Of a DNA stretch of 64,000 nucleotides, positions 32,963 to 42,087 are shown piece by piece; positions within the stretch are counted from its first letter, which is position 1; each line of letters begins with the position of its first letter. The stretch is from a bacterium (GTDB lineage Bacteria > RBG-13-61-14 > DATKZS01), in assembly GCA_963674965.2 (NCBI GenBank), contig CAXXFL010000003.1:96001-160000 (forward strand), given 5' to 3'. Under the pieces are notes generated by a model. That model saw only the letters and a program-made list of their open reading frames with translations. It was not told the DNA's origin and made no database searches. The position numbers and the translations under genes are program-made.

Positions 32963-34798
32963 TTACTCGACCGTCACGCTTTTGGCCAGGTTCCTGGGCT
33001 GGTCCACGTCCGTCCCGTTCAGGACCGCCACGTGATAGGCCAGGAGCTGGAGCGGAACGGTCAGGAGTATGGTCTCGAGCTCGGGCTCGGTCTCGGGCAC
33101 GACGATTACCTCCTCGGATTTATGTTCCACCTTGTCCTCGTCGCCCGGGTTGACCAGCGATATGATCATCCCGTCCCTGGCGGCCACCTCCTCGAGGTTG
33201 CTGATGAGCTTGTCGAGCATGACGTTGCGGGTTGCCAGCACCACCACCGGCATGCGCTCGTCCACCAGGGCAATGGGACCGTGCTTCAGTTCTCCCGCCG
33301 GATATCCCTCGGCGTGAATGTAGGAAATTTCCTTGAGCTTGAGCGCCCCCTCCAGGGCGATGGGGAAATTGATGCCCCTGCCGAGGAAGAAGAAGCCCGG
33401 CTGCTTGTAAAAACGCCTGGACAAGGCCTCGATCCGGCCGGCCTCCTTTTTCAGGGTTTCCTCCACCAGGGTGGGCACGTGGAGGGCGGCCTCCATTTTC
33501 TTGCGGGCCTCATCCCTGGAAAGCGTTCCCCTGGCGATGGCCCAGTGAAGGGCCAGGAGGTACATGACCAGGAGCTGACAGGTGAAGGCCTTGGTGGAGG
33601 CCACGCCGATCTCCGGTCCCGCCCTCGTGTAAATGACCTCGTCGGACTTGCGAGCGATGCTCGAGTCCATCACGTTGCAGACCGCGATGACCTTGCAGCC
33701 TCGCCTCTTTCCCTCCTCGAGGGCGGCCAGGGTGTCCGCCGTCTCTCCCGACTGGCTGATCAGGATCAACAGGGTGTCGGGTCCGACCAGGGGGTCCCGA
33801 TAGCGGAACTCGCTGGCAATATCCACGCTCACGGGCACTCGAGCCAGTCTCTCGATCATGTAGCGCCCGGCCAGTCCGGCGTGCCATGCCGTGCCGCAGG
33901 CGACGATGGCGGCGTTCTTAAATGAGGCCAGTTCCTCCTTGGACACGGAGAAGTCCTCGAGGGTGATCTCGGCGTCCTCGAGGGATATCCGGCCCGCCAG
34001 GGTGTCGGCCAGGGCCCTTGGCTGCTCGAAAATTTCCTTGAGCATGAAGTGCTTGTAGCCGCCTTTTTCCGCCATGGCCGGCGTCCACTGGATGTCGCGC
34101 GGCTTTTTCTCCAGCGCCTTGCCCTCGGCGTCCTTGACCGCAACCGAGCCGCTGGTGACCACGGCGTACTCGTTGTCCTCCATGACCAGCACCCGCCTGG
34201 TGTGGGCGATAAGGGCGGGCACGTCCGAGGCCACCAGGTTCTCTTCCTCCCCCAGCCCGATGACCAGGGGCGAGGCCACCTTGGCCGCGATGATCTTGTC
34301 CGGCTCGTCGGCCGATATGACCACGATGGTGTAGGCGCCCTTGAGCCTGGCCATGGTCCTGCGCGAGGCCGTCTCGAGGTCGTCGCCGCCTTTCATGTAA
34401 CCGTCGATCAGGTGCGCTATGACCTCGGTGTCGGTCTCCGAGCTGAACCGGCTCCCGTTTCCGATCAGGTCCTTCTTGAGGGCGGCGTAATTCTCGATGA
34501 TCCCGTTATGGACCACGGCCACCTTGTTCACGCTGTGGGGGTGGGCGTTCTCGTCGGAGGGCTTCCCGTGGGTCGCCCACCTGGTGTGACCTATCCCGGC
34601 CTTGCCCGAGACGGGCCGCTCCTGAAGCTCGCGCTCGAGCTCGGAAAGTTTTCCCTTGCAGCGGCGAACGTCCAGTCCGCCGTTCCATATCAGCGCCACT
34701 CCCGCCGAGTCGTAGCCTCGATACTCGAGCCTTTTCAGGCCGTCCATCAGTATCTTGCCGGCGTCTCTTTTACCTATGTAGCCTACTATTCCGCACAT
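32963..34798 (-). CDS. glmS: Glutamine--fructose-6-phosphate transaminase
   Basis: MCGIVGY start, RGYDSAG, HTRWATHG, SQSGETADT, PRNLAKSVTVE. Confidence 0.98.
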   Translation of the reverse strand: MCGIVGYIGKRDAGKILMDGLKRLEYRGYDSAGVALIWNGGLDVRRCKGKLSELERELQERPVSGKAGIGHTRWATHGKPSDENAHPHSVNKVAVVHNGIIENYAALKKDLIGNGSRFSSETDTEVIAHLIDGYMKGGDDLETASRRTMARLKGAYTIVVISADEPDKIIAAKVASPLVIGLGEEENLVASDVPALIAHTRRVLVMEDNEYAVVTSGSVAVKDAEGKALEKKPRDIQWTPAMAEKGGYKHFMLKEIFEQPRALADTLAGRISLEDAEITLEDFSVSKEELASFKNAAIVACGTAWHAGLAGRYMIERLARVPVSVDIASEFRYRDPLVGPDTLLILISQSGETADTLAALEEGKRRGCKVIAVCNVMDSSIARKSDEVIYTRAGPEIGVASTKAFTCQLLVMYLLALHWAIARGTLSRDEARKKMEAALHVPTLVEETLKKEAGRIEALSRRFYKQPGFFFLGRGINFPIALEGALKLKEISYIHAEGYPAGELKHGPIALVDERMPVVVLATRNVMLDKLISNLEEVAARDGMIISLVNPGDEDKVEHKSEEVIVVPETEPELETILLTVPLQLLAYHVAVLNGTDVDQPRNLAKSVTVE

Positions 34799-34911
34799 GC
34801 CTTTATTACTCCAGTCGGTCCGGGCCATCCATCTTCGGACCCGGCCAAGAAAAAGCGGCGGCTCGATTTTTCAACCCGGAAAACCCTCTCCGCCCCGCTT
34901 TATGACTTCCC

Positions 34912-36318
34912 CTAGCGCTTTTTGTTTCCCTTTTTCTTCTTCCGGGCGGCCCGCTTTTTCGCGGCCCATCCCTCCTTGACGGTGGTGGGCGGACGGGTCA
35001 TGACCAGGGAGTCGGCGGGCACGTCCCTCGTTACGGTCGACCCGCTTCCAATATAAGCCCCGTCTCCTATCTTGACCGGGGCCACCGCCTGGGTGTCGGA
35101 ACCGATGAAAACCCCGTCGCCGATTATGGTCTTGTGCTTGTTCACGCCGTCGTAGTTGCAGGTGATAAAGCCGCAACCCACGTTGACTTCGCTTCCCACC
35201 TCGGCGTCCCCGCAATAGGTGAGATGGCTGAGCTTCGAGCCCTTCCCGATGACGGCCTTTTTCGTCTCCACGAAGTTGCCTATGCGGGCGTCGGGACCGA
35301 TCACGGAGCCGGGCCGGAGGTGGGCCATGGGCCCGATCTGAACTCCGTCGCCCACCTTGCTTTGCTCGAGCGCCGAGCCCGACTTGACCGTGACCCCCCG
35401 GCCGATGACGCAGTCCTCGATCCTCGAGTTCATCTGGATCACGCAGTTGGGACCGATGACCGTGCGGCCGGACAGCCGGGCTCCCGGCTCGATGACCGTG
35501 TCCGGCCCGATGGTTACGCCCGGCTCGACGTGGGTGGTCTCCGGGCACTCGAAGGTCACTCCCTTTTTCGCCAGGTCCGCGATGACCCTGAGCCTCATCA
35601 CCCCGGCGGCGGCGGCCAGGTCCATCCGGTCGTTCACGCCCATTATTTCCTCGGCGTCCTTCACCGTCGAGGAGGCGACTTTTTGCCCGCTCTCGACGGC
35701 CATGGCCAGGAGATCGGTAAGATAATATTCGCCCTGCTTGTTGTTATTGGTCAGACCCCGAAGCGACTTCCGGAGGAACCCGTCCTCGAAAACGTAGACG
35801 CCGGGGTTCATCTCATGTATGAGCCTTTGATCGGCGGTGCAGTCCTTGTGCTCGACTATGGCCCTGACCTCTCCCTTTTCGTCTCTGACGATCCTGCCGT
35901 AGCCGCCGCAATCGTCCAGGACGGCGGTCAAGAGGCTCATGGCGGCGCGTTTCCTCCGATGGGCGCTTATAAGGTCCTTGATCGTCTCGGGACGAAGGAG
36001 GGGGCAGTCGCCGTAAAAGACCGCCACGTCTCCCTTGAACCCCTTCAGCGCGGGCATGGCCGCCATAACCGCGTGTCCCGTGCCCAGTCGTTCCCGCTGG
36101 AGGGCGAATAAAACCTCGTCCTTTTCCAGTTCCTTTTTGACCCGTTCCGCCTGGACCCCAATCACCACGACCGTCATCTCGGCCTTGAGGGACCTGGCCG
36201 TCTCGATCGAGTATTTAATCAGTGGTTTACCCAGCAGTGGGTGCAGGACCTTGGCCAGGCCCGACTTCATTCGGGTCCCTTGTCCGGCGGCCAGTATTAC
36301 CGCGGCCAGTTTTTTCAT
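34912..36318 (-). CDS. glmU: Bifunctional UDP-GlcNAc pyrophosphorylase/glucosamine-1-phosphate acetyltransferase
   Basis: LAAGQGTRMKS, GTGHAV, EYYLTD, hexapeptide repeats, NFVETK, CNYDG. Confidence 0.97.
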   Translation of the reverse strand: MKKLAAVILAAGQGTRMKSGLAKVLHPLLGKPLIKYSIETARSLKAEMTVVVIGVQAERVKKELEKDEVLFALQRERLGTGHAVMAAMPALKGFKGDVAVFYGDCPLLRPETIKDLISAHRRKRAAMSLLTAVLDDCGGYGRIVRDEKGEVRAIVEHKDCTADQRLIHEMNPGVYVFEDGFLRKSLRGLTNNNKQGEYYLTDLLAMAVESGQKVASSTVKDAEEIMGVNDRMDLAAAAGVMRLRVIADLAKKGVTFECPETTHVEPGVTIGPDTVIEPGARLSGRTVIGPNCVIQMNSRIEDCVIGRGVTVKSGSALEQSKVGDGVQIGPMAHLRPGSVIGPDARIGNFVETKKAVIGKGSKLSHLTYCGDAEVGSEVNVGCGFITCNYDGVNKHKTIIGDGVFIGSDTQAVAPVKIGDGAYIGSGSTVTRDVPADSLVMTRPPTTVKEGWAAKKRAARKKKKGNKKR

Positions 36319-36351
36319 TTATCCAGCTTACCTCCACCTTCGGCTTAATGC

Positions 36352-36436
36352 AGTATAATATAGAGACCGGTCTTTTCCAACGGGGCAAAACAAGCGCGAG
36401 GCCCGGCTTGTCATTTTCCAAGCCTTCGGTTAACTT
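36352..36436. promoter_or_regulatory. Divergent putative sigma70 promoters for glmU and the TPR-like gene
   Basis: Minus strand TTGGAA-17-TATACT (36380-36352); plus strand TTGTCA-17-TAACTT (36408-36436). Confidence 0.5.
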
Positions 36437-36509
36437 GTTGTATGCGTTCCCAAACGACCTTATGGATGGCGCGGGCGGGCTATACAAAGGGGAAGATGGA
36501 GGGACGAAA

Positions 36510-37397
36510 ATGAAGAGGATTTTATTGGTTGTTCTTGCCGCGGCCCTATTCGCGCCCTTGGGCGCTACGCCTGGCGGGGGGGAGAGTTGCGACGCCCTGG
36601 TGGCCGAGTCTGAAAAGCTGTGGATGAATAACGACTTCGACGCCAGTGACCGGAAGATCGAGGAGGCCATGAAGATTTGTCCGGGGCGGGCGGAGCTTTA
36701 CTGGCGCAAGGCCAGGAACGAGTTCGACCGCATCGAGACCATGCCCCGCGACAAGAAGCCCCCCAAGGAGGAACTGGTCAAGCGGTACGAGGGCATGGAG
36801 GAACTGGCGCTAAAATGCATGGAACTGGAGCCGGACAACGGCGACTGTTACCTTTGGAAGAGCGTGGGCCAGGGAAGGCGCGGCACGACCCAGGGCATTC
36901 TCAGCTCGCTGGGGGAGATCAAGTCGCTCGAGAAAAACCTTCTCAAGGCGGAGGAGTTGGCGCCCACCTACAGGTCTGAGGACGGGGCGGCCAACTCGCT
37001 GGGCGACATATACAACGCCCTTGGCCAGTATTACAGGGTGCTTCCCGAGTGGCTGTGCGTATTCGGGCTGAAACAGATTTTCGGCTCCTGCGGCGACCTG
37101 GAGAAGTCGGTCGAGTACCAGCGCAAGGCCGCGGCCCGGGAGCCTCAAAGAATAGAATACGCCAAGGAACTGGGCGTCAGTCTCATATGTTACGGCCAGA
37201 AGCGAGACGAGCCCGACAAAATAGAGGAGGGCAAGAAAATCCTCAAGGCCCTCCAGGATTATCCCGAGATAAAGTCTTACGACAAGATAGACAAGGAACA
37301 ATCGTTAATGGTGGCGGCTGACCCGTCCCTGGCCTGCGGCTACAGCAGGGACGCCCAGCAGGAACAGAGCAAGGACGCTTACGACAAGCAAAAATAG
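36510..37397 (+). CDS. Exported TPR-like protein (RMDN/TatT-like pattern)
   Basis: Signal peptide MKRILLVVLAAALFA and helical repeats LYWRKAR, CYLWKSV, LGQYYRVLP; several Cys. Confidence 0.7.
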   Translation: MKRILLVVLAAALFAPLGATPGGGESCDALVAESEKLWMNNDFDASDRKIEEAMKICPGRAELYWRKARNEFDRIETMPRDKKPPKEELVKRYEGMEELALKCMELEPDNGDCYLWKSVGQGRRGTTQGILSSLGEIKSLEKNLLKAEELAPTYRSEDGAANSLGDIYNALGQYYRVLPEWLCVFGLKQIFGSCGDLEKSVEYQRKAAAREPQRIEYAKELGVSLICYGQKRDEPDKIEEGKKILKALQDYPEIKSYDKIDKEQSLMVAADPSLACGYSRDAQQEQSKDAYDKQK

Positions 37398-37420
37398 TCG
37401 TTTGGATATTTTCCAGCCTT

Positions 37421-37446
37421 GAGCGCCGGGGCCGGTCCCGGCGCTC
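37421..37446. terminator. GC-rich hairpin GAGCGCCGGG-GCCGGT-CCCGGCGCTC
   Basis: Perfect 10-bp inverted repeat 24 nt after the stop codon. No clear U-tract, so it may be an mRNA-stabilising hairpin instead. Confidence 0.4.
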
Positions 37447-37540
37447 GAAACAGTAAACGCTTCAAGACGGCGGGTCGCGTCCGGGCGAGTGGAACGTCCG
37501 GCGGGGAGAGGCCGCGTCTCGAGGAGACCGGGGAGGAGAA

Positions 37541-40500
37541 ATGCGGGGTAAAAGACTGTGGCTCGCGGCGGCCCTATTGGCGCCGGCGATCCTGGCGGCG
37601 GGATGCGTCAAGCAGGCGGTGATGCTTCAAAAGGGGAAGGACTGCCCCTACAAGGTTTACGTAATCCTCGGTTTTCACGCCAACATGTACCACTCCTGGA
37701 GGGGAGACACTCCCGACGAGGCCGGCTTTGGCACTGATATCAGGATCGTGCGCGAGATAATCAGGATGCTCGACGAGGCCAACGCCCGGGGCCTGGACGC
37801 CCGCGGTTACTGGGAGGGCGAGAACCTTTTCACCTGGGAGGACATAGTCAGGAAGAACGCGCCGGATATAATCGAGGATATCAGGCGGCGGGTGGATGAC
37901 GGTCTTGACGAGGTGGCGCCGGCCCCCTACAGCAACACGGTTTTCTCGGGGGTCACCGAGGAGGAGATGAGGGCCGTGCTCAGGTGGTCGATCACGAACC
38001 CGAGAGGATCGGGCGTAAAGGACCTTTTCGGCGATTACGCTCCTCTTCTCAGGCCCCAGGAGGGCATGTACGCCACGGGGCAGATACCCATACTCAAGGA
38101 GGAGGGGATCGAGGGGCTGATACTGGCCTACTCTTCCTATCCCTTTACCACCTTCACCAATTTCGTGGCCCCCCTTCCTCCCGAGCAAAGGTACAACCCC
38201 ACCTGGATGCGGGACGCGGACGGGGGCGATAAAATCCTTCTTTTCCCCTGCGTGTCGGCGGGCGACGTGGTGGATTTCATCTCCCTCGAGCGCTGGATGC
38301 TCGACCTTCGCGAGATGCAGGTAAGCGGCGAGGTCAACCGCGACATGGTCATCCACTTCAACTTCGACGCCGACGCCGAGACCTGGCTGCCCATGCTGGG
38401 CGAGGCCCTGGGCTTTATTCCCAACGCCGGCGGGCTGCCCGAGTATATCAAGTACGTCAACAAGTACGACTGGGCGGAGTTCTCCACGCCGGGGGAATAC
38501 GTGGCTAGCCACGAGCCGGTGGGAGAGGTCATGATCCGCCAGGACCTGGCCGACGGCGCCTGGGACGGATACTATTCTTGGTTCGAGAAGTACCCCAGCC
38601 ACGTGATATGGACCGCCCTCGAGAAGTCCAGGCTCTACGCCGCGTGGAAGCGGGCCCTCAAGGGAGAAAACGACCAAAAGAGCGTTGACGAGCTGATGGA
38701 GGACAAGGACTCCGGGTTCAGTCTCCGGGTGGCCGGGCTCTCGACCACGCACTTCGGCATGAGCACTCCCATGGTCAACGAGGAAAGGCAGGCCGCGGCC
38801 ATGGACATAGTGGACCGGGCCCAGGCGGTCGAGAAAAAAGCCCTTGCGGCGGAGGCCGGGGAAAGAAAGGACCACGAGGCGCCTCCGGAAACGCTTTACT
38901 CCTTTCTCATCAAGGACCACCGGACCGAGGGCGAGAGGACGTTCAGCCTGAACCGCCTTCCCGTTATCCTGCCCGAGACTTCATCCGGCCTTTGTCTTAT
39001 GGACGGGTCGGGCGAGAAGAGGAGTTACTCCCTGGTCAACCTCGAGGAGCTTCCGGACGGACGGCTGGCGGCCGAGCTTCTGGTCCCCCTCGAGCTGGCC
39101 CCCCTGGAGGAAGTCAGACTGCGCCTTAACCGGACGCGCTCGCTCGATTCCGCGCCCGCGGGGTTGTCCTCCCGTCCGGTATATCGGGACCGCCTGAAAA
39201 ACGGCCGCGTAGAGATCATATTCGACGAGCAAACGGGAATATCTCATCTTGGCCTGGACGGCGTCGAGATAGGCGGCCCGGACTTTCTCACGCCCTTTAT
39301 CACCTACAGGTCGGAGAAGAAGCCGGCCACCTATGAAGGGAAGGGCTGGAAGATCGAGTCCGAGTCGGGCGAGACCTGGCAAGACCTTGAAAGGACGCGC
39401 CTTACGGCGTCCATCCCCTTCGATACGCCCGACGGCGGGGCATGCGTCGCGCTCGAGGTCGAGTTCACGGCCGTCAAGGACAAGCCCTGGCTCATCGCCG
39501 ACGTCTCGGTCGATTACCCTTACACCACCAAGCGCGACCTTCTTCATACCATGCAGCAGAAGCTGAGGAGATATCTCGACCTTCGGTGGGTCGAGGTCGC
39601 GCCCTTCGAGCTTAGGCCCGCGCTCGATAGCGACCTGGCCGACCCCGTCAGGGTTTGGAAACACAACTGGCTCGGCGTGACGAGCTATTACGACGTGGAC
39701 TACGCGGATATCAACCGCAAAAACGCGGAGCTCGATTCCTTCAACCACCAGGTAACCGCGGGATGGGTGGCGGTCACCGACAAGAAGAAAGGGTTATTGC
39801 TGTCGCAAAGCGCCGAGGCCCTTTCGTCCTGCGCCTTCTGCCCCATGAGAACGAGGATGGAAGGGAGCGCCCAGACCCTCCGGCTGAACCCCTTTGGCAG
39901 CTATCACGGCGAGCAAATGGACTACTCCCACATGGGCGGCAACGGCCTGGGCACGGACATCACGATGATAGCCGGTCCGGCCCTTCGCCCGAACGGTCCC
40001 TCTTACAACGGCATGAAGGAGGAGTTCTCGCTGATGCTGGCGCCTTACGCGGGCGACGCTCCCCCCGAGGAGCTCCAGGCCGAGGCCATGGCCTTTTTTC
40101 ATCCGCCGGCGGCTTTATATCTTAAGACGCCCGAGGGAGTCGAGGCATCCGTAAAGGAGGACGTCGAGGCGGCCGTTCATGAAGCCAGGAGGAGGGGCAG
40201 GCTTTCCGATCCCGGTCCCTTGCCCGCGCCCCTGGCCTTTCTGGTCAATCCCACGGAAGAGGCCGCGCACGTGGTATGGGACGAGCCGGAGGACCCCCGC
40301 GTCGAGGGGTACGAGGTCCAGTACCGGGCGGCCGGTGAGCCGGAATGGAAATCGGAAACCGCGGGCCGGGACAGGAGGCTTCAGGTGGCCGATCTCGAGA
40401 ACGGCCGAAAATACGAGTTCCGCGCCCGCTCGGTGGGAACGGGCAAGCAAAGCGAATGGACCGAGTCCCAGATTTGCGAGATCGGTCCCGTGCCGGAGGG

Positions 40501-40600
40501 CGGCATCCTGGATATCGCCTCCGGGGCCAGCCCCAAGCTGGCCTTGAAGACGCTCTATTACATGAACGTTCATTTCCTGACCACGCCGAAAAAGCCCTGA
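37541..40600 (+). CDS. Lipoprotein with a GH57/GH38-like glycoside hydrolase domain and C-terminal fibronectin type III domain
   Basis: Lipobox AAGC, GFHANMYH, RPQE, FDADAETW, beta-sandwich start LKNGRVEIIFD, FN3 signature VVWDEP...GYEVQYR...LENGRKYEFRARSV...SEWT. Confidence 0.65.
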   Translation: MRGKRLWLAAALLAPAILAAGCVKQAVMLQKGKDCPYKVYVILGFHANMYHSWRGDTPDEAGFGTDIRIVREIIRMLDEANARGLDARGYWEGENLFTWEDIVRKNAPDIIEDIRRRVDDGLDEVAPAPYSNTVFSGVTEEEMRAVLRWSITNPRGSGVKDLFGDYAPLLRPQEGMYATGQIPILKEEGIEGLILAYSSYPFTTFTNFVAPLPPEQRYNPTWMRDADGGDKILLFPCVSAGDVVDFISLERWMLDLREMQVSGEVNRDMVIHFNFDADAETWLPMLGEALGFIPNAGGLPEYIKYVNKYDWAEFSTPGEYVASHEPVGEVMIRQDLADGAWDGYYSWFEKYPSHVIWTALEKSRLYAAWKRALKGENDQKSVDELMEDKDSGFSLRVAGLSTTHFGMSTPMVNEERQAAAMDIVDRAQAVEKKALAAEAGERKDHEAPPETLYSFLIKDHRTEGERTFSLNRLPVILPETSSGLCLMDGSGEKRSYSLVNLEELPDGRLAAELLVPLELAPLEEVRLRLNRTRSLDSAPAGLSSRPVYRDRLKNGRVEIIFDEQTGISHLGLDGVEIGGPDFLTPFITYRSEKKPATYEGKGWKIESESGETWQDLERTRLTASIPFDTPDGGACVALEVEFTAVKDKPWLIADVSVDYPYTTKRDLLHTMQQKLRRYLDLRWVEVAPFELRPALDSDLADPVRVWKHNWLGVTSYYDVDYADINRKNAELDSFNHQVTAGWVAVTDKKKGLLLSQSAEALSSCAFCPMRTRMEGSAQTLRLNPFGSYHGEQMDYSHMGGNGLGTDITMIAGPALRPNGPSYNGMKEEFSLMLAPYAGDAPPEELQAEAMAFFHPPAALYLKTPEGVEASVKEDVEAAVHEARRRGRLSDPGPLPAPLAFLVNPTEEAAHVVWDEPEDPRVEGYEVQYRAAGEPEWKSETAGRDRRLQVADLENGRKYEFRARSVGTGKQSEWTESQICEIGPVPEGGILDIASGASPKLALKTLYYMNVHFLTTPKKP

Positions 40601-40611
40601 GCGAGGAATAG

Positions 40612-42075
40612 ATGACGAAATCCAAAACGGTAAAGTGGATAGGCCTGGCCTTTTTGGGCACGATTGCCTGCCTCGCCTTCGCGGTCCCGACGCTCGGGGG
40701 GGCGGGCGCGCCGGAGGATTACCCCGAATACGGGCTGACCTCCATCTTCAGGGACGATTTCCCCTTTATCATTCCAAAGGGACTGCCCAGCCAGGTGTCC
40801 CTGCCTCCTCCCAGGAGGGGATGCGGCGTGAAGCTTTTATGCACGGGCTACGACGCTCACGAGGCCCGTCTTCGCGCGCTGAAGGACTCGAGGCGCTCGG
40901 TGCGCGTGCAGACCTACATCTTCACGGGGGACGAGGCGGGCAAGGACATGGCGAGAAGGCTGAGGCGAAAGCGCCGCCTGGGCCTTGACGTCCGGCTTAT
41001 CGTGGACGCCTATACCAAGTTCAAGGCGGCCGACAGGAGGGTTTACGCGGACCTCGAGCTGAACGGGGTGGAGGTGATGGGCTTCGAGCCGATATATCTT
41101 TTGGGCAAGGCCGTCGGCAAGCCTCTCAGCGTGGAGGACGTTAACATGCGCTTTCATGAGAAGTACTGGGTGGTTGACGACGTGGTGGCCTTTATGGGCG
41201 GGACCAACGTCGCCAACGAGTACTTCCGCTACGGCGACGCGCCCGAGGACCAGTGGCGGGACCAGGACGTGATGCTCACGGGCCAGGTGGTGGCCGACGT
41301 GGCCCGGGCCTTTGACGAGAACTACGAGTATTTCAAGGAAAGGAGGGAGCGCCGCCTTCCGACCAACCGTTTCGCGGACTGGGCCCGTCTGTGGTGGAAG
41401 ATCAGCAAGGACTCGCCCATCCCGCTTGACGACCTTGTCCGTCCCCTCGAGATAGACCCCTCGTCGGAGGAGATGGACGACGACTCGGCGGCGGTAAGGT
41501 TCATCCGCCACCGTCCCCGCATGGGGGAGGATTATATTTACCAGGCTTACCTCCACCTGCTGGGAGCGGCGGAGGAAAGCATTATTATCGAGAACGCCTA
41601 CTTCGTGCCCAACCGCGCCCTTATCAACACCCTGATCGAGGCCAGGGAGAGGGACGTCCGGGTGGTGGTGATTACCAACTCGGAGGCGACCAACGACGTC
41701 TCCGGCATGCAGCCCCTCAGCCGTTACGTCTACCTTCCCCTCATCGAGGCCGGCGTCGAGGTTTACGAGTGGCGGGGCCTCCCCGGCAACGTCGGCTCCG
41801 GCAGCCTTCACGCCAAGTGCGCCGTCATCGACGGAAGGGTCTCGGTGGTGGGCTCGTTCAACCTGGACCCGAGGAGCGTCAAGCTGAACTCGGAAAGCGT
41901 GGCGCTCATCGACTCGGAGAAGGTCGCCTCCTCCCTGGCTTCATACATCGAGAATTCCGACCTGCCCGACTCGGACCGGATAGGCCTGGAAAAGGCCAGG
42001 GAGTGGAGAAACCCCAAGAAGGCGGGCGATCAGTTAAAGCTCATGTTCGGCATGACCCTGGAGGACTGGTATTGA
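40612..42075 (+). CDS. Phospholipase D family protein (cardiolipin synthase-like)
   Basis: Two HKD motifs (HEKYWVVD...GGTN; HAKCAVID...GSFNLD), WRDQD, ENAYFVP, N-terminal signal or anchor. Confidence 0.92.
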   Translation: MTKSKTVKWIGLAFLGTIACLAFAVPTLGGAGAPEDYPEYGLTSIFRDDFPFIIPKGLPSQVSLPPPRRGCGVKLLCTGYDAHEARLRALKDSRRSVRVQTYIFTGDEAGKDMARRLRRKRRLGLDVRLIVDAYTKFKAADRRVYADLELNGVEVMGFEPIYLLGKAVGKPLSVEDVNMRFHEKYWVVDDVVAFMGGTNVANEYFRYGDAPEDQWRDQDVMLTGQVVADVARAFDENYEYFKERRERRLPTNRFADWARLWWKISKDSPIPLDDLVRPLEIDPSSEEMDDDSAAVRFIRHRPRMGEDYIYQAYLHLLGAAEESIIIENAYFVPNRALINTLIEARERDVRVVVITNSEATNDVSGMQPLSRYVYLPLIEAGVEVYEWRGLPGNVGSGSLHAKCAVIDGRVSVVGSFNLDPRSVKLNSESVALIDSEKVASSLASYIENSDLPDSDRIGLEKAREWRNPKKAGDQLKLMFGMTLEDWY

Positions 42076-42087
42076 TTTTGGAGGCGG

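Noticed and set aside
34799..34911. Possible glmS ribozyme
   Set aside because: The gap is short, glmS appears co-transcribed with glmU, and I saw no ribozyme core.
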